A stretch of DNA of 64,000 nucleotides from an uncultured Bacteroidota bacterium (GCA_902587325.1 CACIKV010000007.1:3531-67530); one strand, 5' to 3'. Positions 1-11,624 are shown, counted from the first letter of the stretch. Notes: a model not told the origin generated them from the letters alone. Numbers and translations are program-made.

Positions 1-1
1 T

Positions 2-493
2 AATGATGAATCAAGTCCCGAAATTAAATTTGAAAGAAAATTAAGATTTTCCTCTTTAGTTGAAGGTATAGTTGCTGATGAATCAAAAGGAAAAGTTTAC
101 ATAGGTCAAGAAAGAAGAGGGATTTGGGAATTAAGTGCCAATCCTAATTTAAGTGATGACAGAAAATTAATTTTTAAAAAAAATAAATATTTTAAACCTG
201 ATTTTGAAGGTTTAACAATAAGAGATGAGGCAGATGGTAAAGGATATTTGATAGCTTCTGTTCAAGGCTCGAATGGATATTTACTTATTGATAGAAAATC
301 TCTTAATGCCAAAATATTTTTTAGAATAATTGATGGCGATAAAATTGATGGAACAACAGAAACTGACGGAATTGATGTATCTTCAATTAAAACATCAAAG
401 TTTCCTAATGGATTTTTTATTGCGCAGGATGATGATAATGATGGTTTAAATCAAAATTTTAAATTAGTAGACTGGAATAAAATTATTAAATGA
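2..493 (+). CDS. beta-propeller phytase (3-phytase/BPP family), C-terminal part; 5' end lies outside the window
   Basis: Frame 2 is open from nt 2 to TGA 491-493, so the track's TTG at 248 is internal. The translation ...LVEGIVADESKGKVYIGQERRGIWEL...FEGLTIRDEADGKGYLIASVQGSNGY... matches BPP blade motifs as I recall them. Confidence 0.6.
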   Translation, partial: NDESSPEIKFERKLRFSSLVEGIVADESKGKVYIGQERRGIWELSANPNLSDDRKLIFKKNKYFKPDFEGLTIRDEADGKGYLIASVQGSNGYLLIDRKSLNAKIFFRIIDGDKIDGTTETDGIDVSSIKTSKFPNGFFIAQDDDNDGLNQNFKLVDWNKIIK

Positions 494-1311
494 AGAAAAT
501 AGTATTATTAACTCTACTAATTTTTAACTTTTCATTTTCTCAAAAAATCATTATGGACATCAACTTATCAAAATTAATTGATGAGACTTCCGGTTTAGAA
601 ATAGTAGATGGCCAATTTATCACTCATAATGACTCTGGAGGTGACCCTAAATTATATTATTTAAATAAAAAAGGAAAGATTATTTCTGAGAGAAAAATAA
701 CTGGAGTTAAAAATAATGATTGGGAAGATATTACTCAAGATGATAAGTTTATCTATGTTGCTGACATGGGAAATAACTACGACACCAGAAAAAATTTATG
801 TGTAATTAAAATACCAAAAGACAAAAATTCAGTTATTAACCCAGAGATTATAAAATTTAATTATCCAGAACAAAATGATTTTAGATATAAAAAACTTTCT
901 CAGTTTGATGCTGAAGCACTTATTTCCATAAATGAATTTCTTATAATTTTCACAAAAAATAGAGCTACTAAAATGACAGATATTTATTCGTTACCAAAAA
1001 ATGGTGGCGAGTATGAAGCAAAAAAAATTGGAAGTTTAAATACACAATCAATTATAACAGGAGGTGATTATGACCAAGAAAATGAACTTTTAATTTTAAC
1101 TAGTACAATATCTTTTGACGAATACTATATTTTAAAAATTAAAGATTTTTCATTTAAAAATAAAAAGGATTATAAAATTGAAATGTATGAAATTCCAATT
1201 GGTAAAACACAGGTTGAAGCAGTTAAGATAATAGATTCTAATACATTTTGGATTACATCGGAAGATGAAAAAAGTAGTTCTTCTGCAAGGCTAATGAAAA
1301 TTAGGCTGTAG
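490..1311 (+). CDS. secreted beta-propeller-like protein (phytase-like / SdiA-regulated YjiK-like), function unknown
   Basis: The ATG overlaps the phytase stop (ATGA). Signal peptide MKKIVLLTLLIFNFSFSQ. Motifs ETSGLE, HNDSGG, YVADMGNN and FDAEAL. Family assignment is from memory only. Confidence 0.5.
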   Translation: MKKIVLLTLLIFNFSFSQKIIMDINLSKLIDETSGLEIVDGQFITHNDSGGDPKLYYLNKKGKIISERKITGVKNNDWEDITQDDKFIYVADMGNNYDTRKNLCVIKIPKDKNSVINPEIIKFNYPEQNDFRYKKLSQFDAEALISINEFLIIFTKNRATKMTDIYSLPKNGGEYEAKKIGSLNTQSIITGGDYDQENELLILTSTISFDEYYILKIKDFSFKNKKDYKIEMYEIPIGKTQVEAVKIIDSNTFWITSEDEKSSSSARLMKIRL

Positions 1312-1362
1312 TATTTTAGCTGTAGTATTATTTTTCCCCTTTTAAAATATTAAATTGCACTC

Positions 1363-2682
1363 ATGAAATGGGAAAATCTATTGTCCTTAAAAAGACAGGG
1401 GGATAATTTAAAACGATTAAGAGCTGAACAAGACAATACAAGAGTTGGATTTGATGTTGATTATGACCGAATAGTTTTTTCATCTTTTTTTAGATCACTT
1501 CAAGATAAGACTCAAGTAATTCCATTTTCAAAAACAAGTTTTGTACATACACGACTAACTCATAGTCTAGAGGTTTCAGTAGTTGGAAGAAGTTTAGGAA
1601 GAATAGTTGGAAAGCACATTTTAAAAAAATATCCATACTTAAATCAAATTCATGGTTATCAAATAAATGATTTTGGGAGCATAGTTGCTGCTGCAAGCTT
1701 GGCTCACGATATTGGAAATCCTCCTTTTGGACATAGTGGTGAATCATCAATTGGAGATTTTTATAAAATTGGAGATGGTTTAAAGTACAAGGATAAATTA
1801 ACAGATGTTCAATATAAGGACCTTTGTACGTTTGAAGGTAATGCCAATGGATTTAAGATTTTAACAGAAAATAAACCTGGTTCACCTGGAGGACTAAGGT
1901 TGAGCTATGCAACTCTTGGAGCATTCACTAAATATCCAAAGAGTTCACTACCTGATAGACCCACAAAACATATTAAGGATAAAAAATATGGTTATTTTTC
2001 AAGTCAGTTTGATTTTTTTGATGAGGTTGCAATGGAACTCGGTCTAAAAACAAAGAACAATCTTTATCACAGGCATCCTTTAACATATTTAGTTGAAGCT
2101 GCAGATGATATTTGTTACACATTGATTGATTTTGAAGATGGTATTAATTTAGATTGGATACCAGAAGAATTTGCATTAGAATATTTAGTCAAACTTGTAA
2201 GTGAATCTATTGACAAAAAAAAATATAATTCTATGGGTTTAAAATCTCAAAGAATTTCATACTTAAGGGCGCTTGCCATTAATACTTTAATTAATGAGGC
2301 GGTTACAATTTTTATTGAAAATGAAGAAAAAATTCTTGCTGGAGAATTGGAAACATCTCTTATGGCTCTTTCTAAATATAAAGTTCAAATGGATAGTATC
2401 ATCGAGATTAGTATCGATAAAGTTTACAAATCCAAAGAGGTTATTGAAAAAGAGTTAACTGGTTATAAGGTTCTTAATTTTTTATTGAAAACTTTTACAA
2501 GTTCTGTGATTAATTGGAGGGAAGATAAGGTTAGTGCGTTTGATGAATTAGCATTAGAATGTATACCAAAAGAATACCTAAATAAAAACACAGATTTGTA
2601 TTCAAGCTTATTAGATGTTAGTTGTTTTATAGCAAGTCTAACTGATGGTTTGGCTTTGGAATGGTATAAAAAACTCAATTAA
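1363..2682 (+). CDS. dgt: dGTP triphosphohydrolase-like HD-domain protein
   Basis: HD motifs THSLEVSVVGRSLG and AHDIGNPPFGHSGE. The 439-aa length is typical of the family. Confidence 0.85.
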   Translation: MKWENLLSLKRQGDNLKRLRAEQDNTRVGFDVDYDRIVFSSFFRSLQDKTQVIPFSKTSFVHTRLTHSLEVSVVGRSLGRIVGKHILKKYPYLNQIHGYQINDFGSIVAAASLAHDIGNPPFGHSGESSIGDFYKIGDGLKYKDKLTDVQYKDLCTFEGNANGFKILTENKPGSPGGLRLSYATLGAFTKYPKSSLPDRPTKHIKDKKYGYFSSQFDFFDEVAMELGLKTKNNLYHRHPLTYLVEAADDICYTLIDFEDGINLDWIPEEFALEYLVKLVSESIDKKKYNSMGLKSQRISYLRALAINTLINEAVTIFIENEEKILAGELETSLMALSKYKVQMDSIIEISIDKVYKSKEVIEKELTGYKVLNFLLKTFTSSVINWREDKVSAFDELALECIPKEYLNKNTDLYSSLLDVSCFIASLTDGLALEWYKKLN

Positions 2683-3137
2683 TGAATCAGGAACAAAAAG
2701 ATCAATATTTTATGCAAAAAGCTTTACAGGAGGCTAAGTTTGCGTTTGAAAAAAATGAAGTTCCAGTTGGAGCAATTGTTGTTTCTAACGATAAAATTAT
2801 TGCTAGATGTCACAACTTAACTGAAACTCTTAATGATGTTACCGCTCACGCTGAGATGCAAGCAATAACTTCAGCTTCTAATCACATTGGCGGCAAATAT
2901 TTAAATGATTGCACCATGTATGTTACATTAGAACCTTGTCAGATGTGTGCTGGAGCGATGTATTGGGCTCAGTTGTTTAGATTAGTATACGGAGCTAGTG
3001 ACCCTCACAGAGGATATAAGCTTCTTGGAACAAAAATACATCCAAAAACAAAGGTAACTTCCGGAGTTATGTCTAAGGAATGTAAGCTTTTGATCGATGC
3101 TTTTTTTATAAAAAAAAGAAAAGAAAAAGGAAATTAA
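2682..3137 (+). CDS. tadA: tRNA-specific adenosine deaminase
   Basis: Zinc deaminase motifs HAEMQAI and PCQMCAGA. 151 aa. The start overlaps the dgt stop (TAATG). Confidence 0.9.
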   Translation: MNQEQKDQYFMQKALQEAKFAFEKNEVPVGAIVVSNDKIIARCHNLTETLNDVTAHAEMQAITSASNHIGGKYLNDCTMYVTLEPCQMCAGAMYWAQLFRLVYGASDPHRGYKLLGTKIHPKTKVTSGVMSKECKLLIDAFFIKKRKEKGN

Positions 3138-3340
3138 TCTTTGTATAAATAATCATCTAATTTTTTATTTCTGTACCTATAATACAGAAATATGGGCATG
3201 AACAAAAAGCAAAAAACAAGAACACTAATACCTATTAATTTTTCTCCAAAAATTATATCTGAACTTTTGATATATAATCCATAAAAAAGGATTATCATAT
3301 CACATATAAAAATTAAGTATAGACAAACTTTAAGAAACAA
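3134..3340 (-). CDS. hypothetical small membrane protein (2 hydrophobic helices)
   Basis: 68-aa ORF filling the gap between convergent tadA and aspS. No recognisable family; it could be spurious. Confidence 0.3.
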   Translation of the reverse strand: MFLKVCLYLIFICDMIILFYGLYIKSSDIIFGEKLIGISVLVFCFLFMPIFLYYRYRNKKLDDYLYKD

Positions 3341-3343
3341 AAC

Positions 3344-5071
3344 TTAATTTAATTTTATATTCAAATCATCTAATTGCTGATTGTCAATTTTTGATGGGCT
3401 ATCAATCATAACATCTCTTCCACTATTATTTTTTGGAAATGCAATGTAATCTCTAATAGTCTCATCATTATTCATTACAGCTACAAGCCTATCTAGTCCA
3501 AATGCAATACCACCGTGGGGAGGTGCACCATATTTAAAAGCATTTAATAAAAATCCAAATTGATCATCAGCTTCTTTTTCAGAAAAACCTAAAATTGAAA
3601 AAACTTTTTGTTGTAATTCTTTATTGTGAATTCTTATCGATCCTCCTCCAATTTCATTTCCATTAATTACTAAATCGTAAGCATTAGCAAATGTTTTAGA
3701 CGGATCTTTATTAATTACACCATCAACTGGTGATGTGAAAGGATGGTGCATTGAGTGATAGCTTTTTGATTCTTCATCCCATTCAAATAATGGAAAATCA
3801 GTTACCCAGATAGCCTCAAATTCTTTATTATTTCTTAATCCAAATCTTTCAGCCACTTCAATTCTTAATGCTCCTAATTGAGTGAGTGTTTTTTTCTTAT
3901 TTCCAGAGATTATGAAACTTATATCGCCAGGACTTGAGTTGGTCAAATTTTTTAATTGATCAGCATCAAAGAATTTATCAATTGAAGATTTAATTGAACC
4001 ATCCATATTATGTTTAATCCAAATAAGTCCAAGCGCCCCAATTTGTGGTCTTTTTACCCAGTCTACATAAGAATCAATTTCTTTTCTGGAAAGTTCGGCA
4101 CCAGATTTTACATTGAATCCATAAATAGCCTCACTTTCATCAAATATTTTAAACCCAGTCCCTTTCGCTTTTTCACTCAAGTTGAAAAAATCCATTTCAA
4201 ATCTTGTATCAGGTTTATCAGTACCATATTTTTCAATTGCTTCACCATACGAAATCTTTTTAAAATCTTTAAGATTTATATTCAAGCAGTTTTTAAATAA
4301 ATATTTTATTAAACCTTCAAAAGTTGAGATAACATCATCCTGATTAACAAATGACATTTCACAATCAATCTGGGTAAATTCTGGTTGTCTATCAGCCCTT
4401 AAATCTTCATCACGAAAGCATTTTACTATTTGAAAATATTTATCAAAACCACTGATCATTAGAAGTTGTTTAAATGTTTGTGGAGATTGTGGTAAAGCAT
4501 AAAATTCACCAAGATTAATTCTTGATGGAACAACGAAATCTCTAGCTCCTTCAGGCGTGGATTTTATTAAATAAGGTGTTTCTATATCAATAAACCCATT
4601 ATCCTTTAAATATTTTCTAATTTCAAAACTTAAATCGTTTCTAAAAATTAAATTGTTCTTAATAGGATTTCTTCTAAGGTCTAAATATCTATATTTCATT
4701 CTAAGTTCATCACCTCCATCAGATTCATCTTCAATTGTAAAGGGAGGAATTTCAGATTTGTTCAGAATCTCAATACTATCAACAGAAATTTCAATTTCAC
4801 CAGTAGCTATTTTATTATTGTAAGCTTCCCTTTCGATAACTTTACCATCAATAGAAATGACAAATTCTCTACCTAATAACTTTGTTGTTTTAATTACATC
4901 ATCGGAAACATTTTCAGAATTAATAAAAAGTTGTGTAATTCCGTATCGATCTCTAAGGTCAATCCAAATTAAAAACCCTTTATTTCTGATTCTTTGTACC
5001 CATCCAGAAAGTTTAACCTTTGAATTAATATCGGATTTTCTTAATTCACCGCAGTTATGAGTTCGATACAT
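3344..5071 (-). CDS. aspS: aspartate--tRNA ligase
   Basis: N-terminus [11 protein letters not shown]. Class II motifs [18 protein letters not shown] and [10 protein letters not shown]. 575 aa. Confidence 0.95.
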   Translation of the reverse strand: MYRTHNCGELRKSDINSKVKLSGWVQRIRNKGFLIWIDLRDRYGITQLFINSENVSDDVIKTTKLLGREFVISIDGKVIEREAYNNKIATGEIEISVDSIEILNKSEIPPFTIEDESDGGDELRMKYRYLDLRRNPIKNNLIFRNDLSFEIRKYLKDNGFIDIETPYLIKSTPEGARDFVVPSRINLGEFYALPQSPQTFKQLLMISGFDKYFQIVKCFRDEDLRADRQPEFTQIDCEMSFVNQDDVISTFEGLIKYLFKNCLNINLKDFKKISYGEAIEKYGTDKPDTRFEMDFFNLSEKAKGTGFKIFDESEAIYGFNVKSGAELSRKEIDSYVDWVKRPQIGALGLIWIKHNMDGSIKSSIDKFFDADQLKNLTNSSPGDISFIISGNKKKTLTQLGALRIEVAERFGLRNNKEFEAIWVTDFPLFEWDEESKSYHSMHHPFTSPVDGVINKDPSKTFANAYDLVINGNEIGGGSIRIHNKELQQKVFSILGFSEKEADDQFGFLLNAFKYGAPPHGGIAFGLDRLVAVMNNDETIRDYIAFPKNNSGRDVMIDSPSKIDNQQLDDLNIKLN

Positions 5072-5104
5072 ATATGCAAATATCTAACAAAAATTAATAA
5101 TCAA

Positions 5105-8100
5105 TTAGTATAGCTTAAAGCTACGAATTTTTAGAGCGAGTCTTTTACTTAGGTAAAATGTTACTGGAACAATAATAAGAGTTAAGAAAGTAGCAAATGT
5201 TAACCCAAAAATAACAGTCCAGGCTAAAGGTCCCCAAAAAATCACATTATCTCCTCCGATATAAACATTTGGATTACCATTTAAAAATAAATTCATTAAA
5301 TCTATATTTAATCCAATTGCAAGTGGAATTAAGCCTAAAATTGTAGTGATGGCTGTTAAAATAACTGGTCTTAATCTTGCTTTTCCTCCTTTGACAATTG
5401 ATTCATAGATTTCGTTTTTTGGTAACATATTGTCTTTTTCTAAATTAAGTTTAGCTTTTTTTCTGTCCAGTAAAAGTTGTGTGTAGTCAATTAGTACTAC
5501 GCTATTGTTAACAACAATACCAGCAAGAGAAATTATTCCTAACATTGTCATGATTATAACAAAAGTCATATCAAAAATAATTAGACCAAGAAATACACCA
5601 ATGAAACTTAGGAAAATGGACAATATTATTATAAGTGGTTTTACAATGGAGTTAAACTGAAAGACAAGTAATAATAAAATTAACATTAATGCCATGATAA
5701 GAGCTGTATTTAGAAAATCTTGGTTTTTGTCTTGCTCTTCAATTTCACCAGTAAATTTATATTTAACATCATTTGAAGTTTCAAATCCATCCAGCTGAAA
5801 TTTAATTTGATCTACTATTTCTTTAGCATTGTATCCTGCAAAAATAGATGAATATAAAGTAACAACTCTGGTTAAATTTCTATGCTTAATAGCGCTGTAG
5901 GTTTCAATATTTTCAGACTTAACTAGGGACGCAATAGGGACCTCTACTAATTGCCCATTATTCATATTCTTGAAAATTACATTTTGATTAAATAGTAACG
6001 ATTTATCGTATCTATCCTCCTTATTAAATCTAACATTAATGTCATAATCTTCACCGTCTTTTTTGTAAATACCAGCTTTCTCTCCAAATAGAGACCTTCG
6101 AAGAACAAGCCCAATTTGACTAGGATTTATACCAAGTTCCCCTGCTTTTTGTCTGTCAACTTCAATTTGAATTGAAGGTTTATTTTTATTTACATCAATT
6201 TTTAATTCCTCAATTCCAGCAATTTTTTGATCGTTAATAAAAATTCTCATCTCCTCAGCTGTACGTATTAGTTCCAGATAGTCCTTGCCAGTAATTTCAA
6301 TATTAACTGGGTAACCAGCTGGAGGTCCATTTTCATCTTTCTCAACAGAAACAGCTAGACCAGGGTATTTACCACTCAATTTTTTTTGGACATCACTTCT
6401 TAAATTTTCACTAGAATATCCATTTCTATATTTAAATTCGCGAAGAGTAACTGTAATTTTGGCTTTTTGAGGCATATCTGCCTGAGATCCAAAATCATTT
6501 TGTTGATTACCAGCTCCTTCTCCAACTTGAGCAAGCATAGATTCAACCATGAAGTTATAAGTTCCCTCAAAATATATTTTATTATTGATTACATCTAAAA
6601 TTTCATTTTCAAGTTTTTTTGTTATTGAATTGGTCTTTTCAATATCAGTACCTTGCGGATATTCAGCGTATACGATTATTTGATTTGGTTGATTATCAGG
6701 GAAAAATTCTATTTTTGGACCAGCAATTCCAACAATAATCATTGTCAGAAATAATAAAGCAATTGTTCCAAAAAGAAAAGCAAATGCTCTCCATCCGCGA
6801 AGCGCAAATCTCAAAAATCTTTCGTATCTATCTTCAAGCCACCCTAAAAATATTGTTCTAAATTTTAGCGCTAATGCTTTTATGTAATACGAGTATAGCC
6901 AAAAGAAAATATTTATTACGATAAATAATGTTCCAAACCCTCTGGAAACGCCACCAATTATGAAAAGAACTAATCCAATACCAGATAAAAAGTACGTTAA
7001 TCTTATTAAATCTTTCTTTGAAAGATTTTTTTCGTCAATGCTCATAAATTTTGAAACTAACATTGAGTTAAAAAATATAGCAACAAATAAGGACGAGCCT
7101 AATACAATGGAAAGTGTTATTGGCAGATAGATCATAAATTGACCAATCGTGCCAGGCCACAAACCAAGTGGTACAAAAGCTAGTACTGTAGTTGCCGTTG
7201 AAACTATAATAGGGTAAGCAATTTCGCTGATACCAAGTTTAGCAGCTTCAACCTTTGACATGCCTTCTTTCTCCATCAGTCTGTATACATTTTCAACGAC
7301 CACAATTCCATTATCAACTAGCATCCCTAGACCCATAACCAAGGCAAATAAAATCATTGTGTTTAAGCTGTAACCTAACGCCGATATTATCATTAAAGAC
7401 ATAAACATTGACATAGGAATTGCAAACCCTACAAACAATGCATTTCTAAAACCAAGAAAAAACATAAGTACAGTAGTAACTAGAAAAATTCCAAACAAAA
7501 TATTATTAACTAAATCATCAACTTGACTTATTATTCTGTTGGACATATCATTGGTAATTACAACTTTAAGATCATTTGGAAACTCATTTTTGACAACTTC
7601 ATTAACAATTAAATCAATTTTGTCAGCAGCATTTATTAAATTTTTACCTGATCTTTTTTTAACTGCAAGTGAAACTAAATTTTTTGCAAATTCACGAGCA
7701 TAACTTTTCTTTTCACTCTCTTTAAAATTTATTTCTGCAACATCGTTTAGGTAAACTGGACCAAATTCGTTTTTAATAACAAAGTTTTTTAAATCGTTTG
7801 GATTTTCAATTTCACCTATAATTCTAAGTGTTCTTCTTTGTCCATCAGAAACAATATTGCCAGCAGCAATAGTTCTATTTCCGAATGCAATAGCACTTAA
7901 TATGTCTTCAAAACTTACTTTTGCAGCAGTCATTTTTTTTATATCAACTGCAACTTCAATTTCTTCATCTTGAGCTCCAAGAATATCAACCTCTTTGATT
8001 TCATCAAGTTTTTCAATTCTGTCTTCAATAATTTCAGCATACTTTTTTAGTTGTTCTGTTGGGTAGTCACCTTGAATATTTACATTTAATATTGGCATTT

Positions 8101-8542
8101 CCTCTGCCAAACTCATGCTTAATATATCAGGTTCAACCTTTACATTATTAAATGTTGGCCAGTCCTCACCAGAAATTACTGAATCAATTTCATCTCTAAC
8201 TTTTTGTTTGGCAAGCTCAATATCAATTTCCTCATCAAATTCTAAACTTATTATTGAATAATTTTCAAGCGATGTAGATTTTATATCAACCAGGTTACTT
8301 ACACCTTTTACTGCTTCTTCCAATGGGACTGTAATAAATCTCTCAATGTCTTCAGGCGTGTTTCCAGGATTAATAGTGCTGATAAAAACATCACTAGTGA
8401 TTATTTCCGGAAAGTCTTCTCTGGGTAGATTATTGTAAGCATTAATACCAAATGCCAAAAAGATAAACATCAAAAAATAAATGATGTTAGATTTACTAAT
8501 AGCCCAAACAGAGGGTTTAAACTCTTTATCTACCTTACTCAT
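5105..8542 (-). CDS. RND efflux transporter permease (AcrB/HAE1-like)
   Basis: 1145 aa with two TM clusters separated by large loops. Last gene of the overlapping tetR-tolC-mfp-rnd string. Confidence 0.9.
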   Translation of the reverse strand: MSKVDKEFKPSVWAISKSNIIYFLMFIFLAFGINAYNNLPREDFPEIITSDVFISTINPGNTPEDIERFITVPLEEAVKGVSNLVDIKSTSLENYSIISLEFDEEIDIELAKQKVRDEIDSVISGEDWPTFNNVKVEPDILSMSLAEEMPILNVNIQGDYPTEQLKKYAEIIEDRIEKLDEIKEVDILGAQDEEIEVAVDIKKMTAAKVSFEDILSAIAFGNRTIAAGNIVSDGQRRTLRIIGEIENPNDLKNFVIKNEFGPVYLNDVAEINFKESEKKSYAREFAKNLVSLAVKKRSGKNLINAADKIDLIVNEVVKNEFPNDLKVVITNDMSNRIISQVDDLVNNILFGIFLVTTVLMFFLGFRNALFVGFAIPMSMFMSLMIISALGYSLNTMILFALVMGLGMLVDNGIVVVENVYRLMEKEGMSKVEAAKLGISEIAYPIIVSTATTVLAFVPLGLWPGTIGQFMIYLPITLSIVLGSSLFVAIFFNSMLVSKFMSIDEKNLSKKDLIRLTYFLSGIGLVLFIIGGVSRGFGTLFIVINIFFWLYSYYIKALALKFRTIFLGWLEDRYERFLRFALRGWRAFAFLFGTIALLFLTMIIVGIAGPKIEFFPDNQPNQIIVYAEYPQGTDIEKTNSITKKLENEILDVINNKIYFEGTYNFMVESMLAQVGEGAGNQQNDFGSQADMPQKAKITVTLREFKYRNGYSSENLRSDVQKKLSGKYPGLAVSVEKDENGPPAGYPVNIEITGKDYLELIRTAEEMRIFINDQKIAGIEELKIDVNKNKPSIQIEVDRQKAGELGINPSQIGLVLRRSLFGEKAGIYKKDGEDYDINVRFNKEDRYDKSLLFNQNVIFKNMNNGQLVEVPIASLVKSENIETYSAIKHRNLTRVVTLYSSIFAGYNAKEIVDQIKFQLDGFETSNDVKYKFTGEIEEQDKNQDFLNTALIMALMLILLLLVFQFNSIVKPLIIILSIFLSFIGVFLGLIIFDMTFVIIMTMLGIISLAGIVVNNSVVLIDYTQLLLDRKKAKLNLEKDNMLPKNEIYESIVKGGKARLRPVILTAITTILGLIPLAIGLNIDLMNLFLNGNPNVYIGGDNVIFWGPLAWTVIFGLTFATFLTLIIVPVTFYLSKRLALKIRSFKLY

Positions 8543-9698
8543 TATTATTGTAGATTTTTACATTCTGACCCCCTTTAACAATCCTTCCACCTTCATTAAT
8601 AACTGTTTGATTTACATTTAAACCATTAACAATTTCAATCATTCCGTTTTGAGTATAACCAGTTTCTACAATGGTTTTCTTGGCTTTATTATTTTCAATA
8701 GTGTAAAGGAATTTATTGTTTTCAGAGTCTTCAGAAACTATAGACTCTGGGACTAAAATTGCTTCTGAATTTGTATAATCCAATATATTGATCTCAACGT
8801 TTAAATTTGGAATTAAGTCTAATTCATTTTCAGGGACTGATACTTCAATTTTGAATGTTCTAGATAATTTATTAATTGAACTAACAGAGTGTTTGATTGT
8901 AGAATTAAAAGTTTTATTTAGGACTGGTATTTCAACTAATACCTGTGCACCTTTCTTTATTTTACCAATAAAATTTTCCGGAATAACAGCTTCAACATAT
9001 AATTCATTGAGGTTTACAATTCTAAAAGCATTTCCTTGATCAGGCATCATTGGAGGTGAGACTAAGTTTCCTTCCTCTATAAAAATTTCATCAATAGTAC
9101 CACTGAAGGGTGCATCAATTGTTGTTTTAGCAAGGGATTGTTTTAGACTTTCTAATCTATTTTTTTGTATTTCATAATTAGTTTTTGACTCTAAATACTG
9201 AATTTCTGAACCAATTTTATCATTCCACAGTTTAGATTGTCTATCGAAAATTGTTTTAGTAAGCTTAGTTTGACTTTCAACTAATTTAAGCTCATTGAAA
9301 AGACCTCCGTCATCAATTTTAGCCAAAGCTTGTCCTTTATTTACCCTGTCTCCTTCATTAACATATACTTTTATAATTCTTCCACTGAACTCAGGATACA
9401 GTATCATATTTTGATCAGTTTTTATTATGCCTTGAAATTTTGAATAGTGATTAATCATTTCTTTCTTGGTAGTAACAGTGTTAACTAAAACAAAACTCTT
9501 TGCAGTATCGAGTATTGAAACTCCTTCAGTTATTTCATCAAGCTCTCTATTAATTTGACCTTTTTGAATAATCAGGCTGGATCTTCTTTCTTGTAATTCT
9601 TCAAGATTTCCCTCTTTTATTAAATCATCAATTGTTTTTTTATTGTCGCTATCGCAACTGATTATTAGTAAGATTATTAGATAAAAATATTTTTTCAT
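8535..9698 (-). CDS. RND efflux periplasmic adaptor (HlyD/AcrA family) lipoprotein
   Basis: Lipobox LLIISC and a coiled-coil plus barrel layout. Overlaps both neighbouring genes. Confidence 0.85.
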   Translation of the reverse strand: MKKYFYLIILLIISCDSDNKKTIDDLIKEGNLEELQERRSSLIIQKGQINRELDEITEGVSILDTAKSFVLVNTVTTKKEMINHYSKFQGIIKTDQNMILYPEFSGRIIKVYVNEGDRVNKGQALAKIDDGGLFNELKLVESQTKLTKTIFDRQSKLWNDKIGSEIQYLESKTNYEIQKNRLESLKQSLAKTTIDAPFSGTIDEIFIEEGNLVSPPMMPDQGNAFRIVNLNELYVEAVIPENFIGKIKKGAQVLVEIPVLNKTFNSTIKHSVSSINKLSRTFKIEVSVPENELDLIPNLNVEINILDYTNSEAILVPESIVSEDSENNKFLYTIENNKAKKTIVETGYTQNGMIEIVNGLNVNQTVINEGGRIVKGGQNVKIYNNNE

Positions 9699-11032
9699 GA
9701 CTTATTTAATAGGATTTCAAGGTTAATTTTATTCTCAATAATTTTAAGAGTTGCTTCTAAATATTCATTTTGAATAGCGTAAAGCTGATTTTGTGCTTGT
9801 CTTAAATCAAAACTTGATGCTAAACCCTCATAAAATTTTATTTGATTTTTCTTTTCAATACTTTCCGCCAGAGTTAAGTTTTTTAACGCTGTCTCATAGT
9901 TATTAATTGAATATGTATAATCACTTTTAGCTTTTTCAACTTCAAGATTTAATTTGTTTTCAGTTTCTTTTAAATTTAAAAGAGCTTTATCCAATTCTAT
10001 TTTTGCTTTTTGAGTTGAAGCAGTTCTTTGAAGAGAGCTAAAGATCGGCAAGGACATATTAATTCCTAATTGCGAGGAACCATACCAATTTTGTTTTGGA
10101 TTAGTGATTCTAAATGATTCGTTGTATCCATTGTAGGACCCAGAAATATATGCACTAATGGTTGGTAAGGACTTAAATTTTTCGAGTTGTAATCTTTTCT
10201 TATTTCCTTCACTTGCGTTAAGAGCAATTTTATAATCAATATTTTCTGATATTTCAAACTCTTGATTAACAAGTGATGGATTAATATTTTTAATTGCTAT
10301 TGTTTCAATATTATCATTTAAAATTAAAATATCACTTAGTTCAATACCCAATAAAAGTTTTAAAATATTCAAGGATAATAATTCAAATTTCTCAGCATAA
10401 TTAAGTGAATTTTCAATTGAACTTGTTGTTATTGTAAGTTGCTCAACATTTTCTATTTCAGTTAATCCATTTTCATATATTTTTTTTGTTTCTATTAAGG
10501 TCTTTTTAATATTATTTAAATTATTAGCAAGTATTTTAACTCTCTCAGCGCTAACCAGAGCATTTCCATAAGCATTTATAACTTGTCTTTTAACTTCAAG
10601 ATCAGTCTTAATTTTAGCTTGACTAGAAAGTTGTAAAAATAGTTCTATTGATTGTAATCCTATCAAATAAGACCCATCAAAAAGTAATTGATTTAAAATT
10701 AATTCACCACTAATACTTTGCTTAGTTCCAAAACTTATCTCGGCAAATTCACCTTCATTTCCTCCAAAAAACTCAGCTGGAATAAGTGAGATTGGATCTT
10801 TTATTCTATTATTAAATTCAAAAAAAGATGATATTTGAGGAAGTCCTACAGCGATAGTTTCCCATTTCTCTTTCTGAGATATTAAAACATTTTTTTCAGC
10901 ATATATAGAGTTTTTATTATTCTCTAAAGCAAATACAACGGCTTCATCAACAGTAAACGAATACTGATTTTGACCAAGTAAACAATTACAGAAAACAAAA
11001 CAGATAATTGTAAATAAATTCTTATTAGTCAT
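9695..11032 (-). CDS. TolC-like outer membrane efflux protein
   Basis: Signal peptide, 445 aa, two-repeat coiled-coil composition typical of outer membrane factors. Operon context supports the call. Confidence 0.85.
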   Translation of the reverse strand: MTNKNLFTIICFVFCNCLLGQNQYSFTVDEAVVFALENNKNSIYAEKNVLISQKEKWETIAVGLPQISSFFEFNNRIKDPISLIPAEFFGGNEGEFAEISFGTKQSISGELILNQLLFDGSYLIGLQSIELFLQLSSQAKIKTDLEVKRQVINAYGNALVSAERVKILANNLNNIKKTLIETKKIYENGLTEIENVEQLTITTSSIENSLNYAEKFELLSLNILKLLLGIELSDILILNDNIETIAIKNINPSLVNQEFEISENIDYKIALNASEGNKKRLQLEKFKSLPTISAYISGSYNGYNESFRITNPKQNWYGSSQLGINMSLPIFSSLQRTASTQKAKIELDKALLNLKETENKLNLEVEKAKSDYTYSINNYETALKNLTLAESIEKKNQIKFYEGLASSFDLRQAQNQLYAIQNEYLEATLKIIENKINLEILLNKS

Positions 11033-11624
11033 TTTTTAAAATTGAATCGAGTTTTTTTAAGCCTTTGGCAGTAACAATTGATCTCAAAAAATACTCACGG
11101 TAACTTTCTAGACAACTGTCTAGAGTATAAATTTTTGAAGGATATATTTCAGGGTTCATTAGTCCACTTATACTATTGAAGTAAACTCTTGAAATAAAAT
11201 CTACGTCAATGTTTTCACGGAATAAACCAAATTCTATACCATTACTTAAAACTTCTCCAAAAGATTTTATCATAAAGTCCAAGTGTTTTCTTTTTACATT
11301 TGAATAAATGTCAGGGTAGAATTTCTCGAGCTGATATATAGAGTGATTCCTTTGGTCGTGTAAATGTTCCATAACAAGATCCTTGACTTCAAAAAACTCA
11401 TTTATTGGGTCATTCGAGTTTTTTCTAATTTGAGACATGCCTATTACCAATTGATCATGTAAATTATTTGCTGTAGCATCAACTAATTCAGTCTTATTTT
11501 GAAAAAAGTTGTAGATTGTTTTTTTGGATATTGTAAGATCGTTTGCTATGTCATCCATAGTTACTGATTTAAATCCAAACGATATGAATAGATACTGAGC
11601 TTTCTTAATTATTTTTTCCCTCAA
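11025..11624 (-). CDS. TetR/AcrR family transcriptional regulator
   Basis: N-terminal HTH FGFKSVTMDDIANDLTISKKTIYNFFQNK. First gene of the efflux operon. Confidence 0.85.
   Translation of the reverse strand: MREKIIKKAQYLFISFGFKSVTMDDIANDLTISKKTIYNFFQNKTELVDATANNLHDQLVIGMSQIRKNSNDPINEFFEVKDLVMEHLHDQRNHSIYQLEKFYPDIYSNVKRKHLDFMIKSFGEVLSNGIEFGLFRENIDVDFISRVYFNSISGLMNPEIYPSKIYTLDSCLESYREYFLRSIVTAKGLKKLDSILKND

Noticed and set aside
248-493. 81-aa ORF called from an internal TTG
   Set aside because: The same frame is open back to nt 2 and reads as continuous phytase sequence, so this is the tail of a gene truncated by the window edge.
1490-1750. Antisense ORF inside dgt. The same class includes 2463-2678, 4010-4300, 4857-5060, 8788-9039, 10066-10272, 14099-14302, 14944-15210, 16013-16255 and 16024-16206.
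   Set aside because: All lie within or opposite well-supported genes and have low-complexity, AT-codon-driven translations with no motifs. They are typical shadow ORFs.
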